Below, in pieces: positions 45,747-48,743 of a stretch of DNA of 48,743 nt. Within the stretch, counting starts at the first letter, position 1, and each line of letters starts with the position of its first letter. This DNA comes from Clostridia bacterium. Lineage in GTDB: Bacteria; Bacillota; Clostridia; Christensenellales; UBA1242. The stretch covers positions 1 to 48,743 of the forward strand of contig JAZRJQ010000010.1 of the NCBI GenBank assembly GCA_045645925.1, written 5' to 3'. Under the pieces are notes generated by a model that saw only the letters and a list, made by a program, of their open reading frames with translations, was not told where the DNA came from and did not search any database. The translations under genes were made by a program, and so were the position numbers.

Positions 45747-46862
45747 TTATTTTTTCATGCCGTCATTTTGTTTTTGTTCAAGTTCTTGTTTTTCTTTCTC
45801 TTCAAGTTTAACTTGCGAATCACATACTTCGTAGTAATTAGCAATTCGATTGTTTAAGCAAAACAAAATTTGATTCCTTGATTTACTATCCAACAAATTA
45901 AATCTTACACCATTATTAGAAATTGCATTAACTACTTTTGTTAAAATTTTCATATCGTTTAAATACAAATTTTTACATTGACGTTCGCTTAACAAGTGCT
46001 GATGAAATCTTGAAGCACAAAATGGGAACAAGAAGTTTGAACAAATTTGATCAAGTGCTTCTTCTTGGGTGTTTGGTTGCAAATATGGATAAGGAAATCT
46101 TTTTCCAGATTTGTAAAACTTTATAACATTTTCGGCAACTGTTAATTTCTTGTTGTCGTTTGGAAGTTGCATTTTTATATAATTTAAAGTTGAAGCAAGA
46201 TCCAAATCAATTATGGTAAAACCATTTTTTGAAACCATCAAATTGCCTGCGTTTGTATCAAGCGTGTGAAAACCCATGTCGTAAAGGGTTTTATATTGCC
46301 TGAACAAATCATCAAACTTTTCTTGTGGTAAGTCTATAAGGATTTTTTGATTTTTGATGTTAAAATTATACAAGCACCTGTTAATTTTCATGCGTTGATA
46401 AAGGTTTGGTTTAATTAACACCATTTTATCTTTTATATCTTTACCCAATGCCTGGGTAACAACGTTGCTATGTCCAACCAAAGCAATTTCGTTACCAATG
46501 GCACGGTCGTAAACTTCATAATAGTGTTGGTCAGCATAAAACAAAGTATAAAGTTTTGGAACACTAAATCCTTGTGAAATAAGCCAATTATTAAACTTTA
46601 TAACTTCCTTATCATCTTCAAACTGTGCATCGCATTTACTAACTGCTTTTTTATGTTTTAACAAAGCATATTCCAAATTTTTCTCACCAAAAAAAGAACA
46701 TTCTTTTGATGCACCTTCATGTTTTTTTCGTCTGCTAGCGTTTACAATTGCTTTGGCAAACACTTTTTCTTCTTTTGTGCTTGCCAAAGTTTTTAATGTT
46801 TCAACATCAACATCTGAAAACTTTACACTATTAAAAATTCTTTCAAATTCTTTTGCGTCCAT
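45747..46862 (-). CDS. hypothetical protein with protein-kinase-like/APH fold motifs
   Basis: HTLDTNAGNLMV (D-x4-N catalytic-loop pattern) followed by FTIIDLDLAS (DxD metal-binding pattern). The track start at 46913 is a TTG inside the upstream terminator hairpin, so I prefer the ATG at 46862, although its SD is poor. Confidence 0.45.
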   Translation of the reverse strand: MDAKEFERIFNSVKFSDVDVETLKTLASTKEEKVFAKAIVNASRRKKHEGASKECSFFGEKNLEYALLKHKKAVSKCDAQFEDDKEVIKFNNWLISQGFSVPKLYTLFYADQHYYEVYDRAIGNEIALVGHSNVVTQALGKDIKDKMVLIKPNLYQRMKINRCLYNFNIKNQKILIDLPQEKFDDLFRQYKTLYDMGFHTLDTNAGNLMVSKNGFTIIDLDLASTLNYIKMQLPNDNKKLTVAENVIKFYKSGKRFPYPYLQPNTQEEALDQICSNFLFPFCASRFHQHLLSERQCKNLYLNDMKILTKVVNAISNNGVRFNLLDSKSRNQILFCLNNRIANYYEVCDSQVKLEEKEKQELEQKQNDGMKK

Positions 46863-46910
46863 ACATCTAATTGTAACACATAACCCCCAACATTTCAATA
46901 TGTAAAAAAA

Positions 46911-46940
46911 CAAAAAAGAGAGAACAAAATTCTCTCTTAA
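46911..46940 (-). terminator. rho-independent terminator of the P-type ATPase gene
   Basis: Stem AAGAGAGAA / TTCTCTCTT followed by T6 on the minus strand. Confidence 0.6.
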
Positions 46941-46943
46941 TTT

Positions 46944-48743
46944 TTAGTTGTTTGACGAAAACCTTATTTTGTTTACAAGGTTTACAATGTTTGCATACAA
47001 TGGATAACTGAATTGAACCAAACACAACACAAACAAACTGTTGGTTAAATTTATTTTAACATATTCAAAGAAACTAAATGGTATTAATGTTAGCATTACA
47101 AAACATAAAACTAACATTGCAACATACAAGCAACTACGGTAAATATCGAATGGTTTACAAATTTTAAACAACACTAATAGTCCTGAGAATGCAACCAACA
47201 AACTTGCCATTGTAACATATTGTCCACTTGTTCCTAAAAGTTTATCAAAGAAGAAACAAGCAATAACGTTTAAGGTGAATATTATTGCGCCTGGCAAACT
47301 GTTACAAATAAGGTTCGACAAGAACTTACCTTGAATAGGCTCTTTGTTTGGCTGTAACGACAAGCAGAATGCCGGAATTCCTATAACGCAATATTCTAAT
47401 AAATATAGGTGGTTTGTTGTAAATGGATATTCCACTTGTGCAATTAAATAGAACACTGTTAAGAAAATTATAAAGAAAGTTTTCATTAAGAACAGCGAAC
47501 TACTTTTTTGAATGTTGTTAACAACCCTTCTTCCTTCGGCAACAACACTTGGCATGCTTGCAAAGTTACTGTCAAGTAACACCAAGTGGCTTACGTTACG
47601 TGTTGCTTCGCTACCACTTGCCATTGCAATTGAACAATCGGCTTCTTTTAGGGCTAAAATATCGTTAACACCATCACCTGTCATGGCAACTTTGTGTCCT
47701 TTATTTTTTAACGCCTTAACCAAAATCATTTTTTGTTCTGGTGAAACACGTCCAAACACTGTGTATTGGTCGGCAGCTTCAATAACTTGTTGTTCGCTTA
47801 ACCCTTCCAAACTAATAAAGCGTTCAGCGTTTTCAACCCCAACACGTTTGCTAACTTCACTAACGGTTATTGGGTTGTCACCACTAATAATTTTAATTTG
47901 AACTGCATTTTCTTTAAACCACTTAATTGTTTCAGCAGCTTCTTCACGGATGTGGTCTTCAATAATAATTATTGCAACAGGTGTACGGTTTACAGGAACT
48001 TTGTCACCTTCAATATTTCCTTCACATTTTGCCAAAAGGATTACTCTAAACCCTTTTGAAGCATATTGTTTAACAATTGGGTCAACATCAGCATTTTTGG
48101 TTTTCAACACAAATTCAGGAGCACCAAAAACGTATGTTTCGGCATTTTTAAATGTTACTGCACTTAGTTTACGTGCACTACTAAATGGTAACACTGTTTG
48201 TTTTGTAAATTCTTTGCTATATCCAAAATAGGTTGCAAGTGCACGAGATGTTGAATTATTATCTTCCAACGCTGTAAGCATGCTACCCATAATATCGTTA
48301 ACTGTGTGGTTAACATTTTTAATTTGAACAACCGAATTAACTTTCATACTTCCATCGGTAATTGTTCCGGTTTTATCTAAGCACAACACATCGGTTCTTG
48401 CAAGCATTTCAATGCTATACAAGTCTTGAACCAAAGTTCTGCGTTTTGCTAATTTTACAACACCAACTGCCAACGCCACACTGGTTAACAAGAACATTCC
48501 AGCAGGAATCATTCCAATTGAAGAACCAGCAGTTGTGTTGATTGCTTCCAAGATTGACTTGTTTTGTCCAAATGTGTTTAAGAACATCAAAATTGTGATT
48601 GGAATAATCAAAAGACCAATAACTTTGATGATGAGTTTGAGTGATGAGAAAAGTTCTGATTTTGGTTTGCGATACTTTTTAGCAGCTTGAGCAAGTTGGT
48701 TTAAGTAGTTATTTGAACCAACCTTGTCAACTCTTGCATGGCA
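46944..48743 (-). CDS. cation-translocating P-type ATPase (HAD-IC), 5'-truncated by the window edge
   Basis: The frame stays open to base 48743 (CHARVDKVGSNNYL...). Phosphorylation motif CLDKTGTITDG, hinge MTGDGVNDILALKEADCSIAMASG and a C-terminal TM bundle. Confidence 0.9.
   Translation of the reverse strand, partial: CHARVDKVGSNNYLNQLAQAAKKYRKPKSELFSSLKLIIKVIGLLIIPITILMFLNTFGQNKSILEAINTTAGSSIGMIPAGMFLLTSVALAVGVVKLAKRRTLVQDLYSIEMLARTDVLCLDKTGTITDGSMKVNSVVQIKNVNHTVNDIMGSMLTALEDNNSTSRALATYFGYSKEFTKQTVLPFSSARKLSAVTFKNAETYVFGAPEFVLKTKNADVDPIVKQYASKGFRVILLAKCEGNIEGDKVPVNRTPVAIIIIEDHIREEAAETIKWFKENAVQIKIISGDNPITVSEVSKRVGVENAERFISLEGLSEQQVIEAADQYTVFGRVSPEQKMILVKALKNKGHKVAMTGDGVNDILALKEADCSIAMASGSEATRNVSHLVLLDSNFASMPSVVAEGRRVVNNIQKSSSLFLMKTFFIIFLTVFYLIAQVEYPFTTNHLYLLEYCVIGIPAFCLSLQPNKEPIQGKFLSNLICNSLPGAIIFTLNVIACFFFDKLLGTSGQYVTMASLLVAFSGLLVLFKICKPFDIYRSCLYVAMLVLCFVMLTLIPFSFFEYVKINLTNSLFVLCLVQFSYPLYANIVNLVNKIRFSSNN

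Noticed and set aside
1-48743. Prophage, integrative element or transposon explaining the accessory surface locus.
   Set aside because: I recognised no integrase, transposase, recombinase or phage structural gene, no flanking tRNA and no obvious terminal direct repeats. The locus sits between housekeeping operons.

Overview
AT-rich window from a low-GC, spore-forming, anaerobic Firmicute, inferred from a GerA-type germinant receptor operon and a HydABC [FeFe]-hydrogenase. It uses the standard genetic code and most genes have Shine-Dalgarno sites. Almost everything is on the minus strand. Housekeeping blocks are rpsF-ssb-rpsR, gerAA/AB/AC-like, pheST behind a Phe T-box leader, hydCBA, an ABC exporter, mgtE and a 5'-truncated P-type ATPase. 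I saw no rRNA, tRNA, CRISPR array, transposase or integrase. The standout is a ~19 kb accessory surface locus (5681-24451). It holds a SipW-type signal peptidase, four TasA/camelysin-like proteins with the SipW-cognate TFAW(F/Y) signal motif, and two membrane-tethered relatives of the same fold. It also holds a transglutaminase-core lipoprotein and a 3,331-aa lipoprotein built from about 25 Fn3-like modules plus a C-terminal beta-helix. There is no sortase, LPXTG signal or assembly ATPase. I read this as an expanded, undescribed TasA-type fibre or appendage system. Secondary points: a modular intergenic repeat family at two loci whose conserved hairpin shows strand-asymmetric covariation; a divergent DAC (DisA_N)-like protein with DGI/RKR in place of DGA/RHR; an SPFH/zinc-ribbon membrane module; a membrane-anchored Mrr-cat nuclease; and an orphan kinase-fold protein. 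All family calls come from motif recognition by eye and need HMM or structure confirmation.
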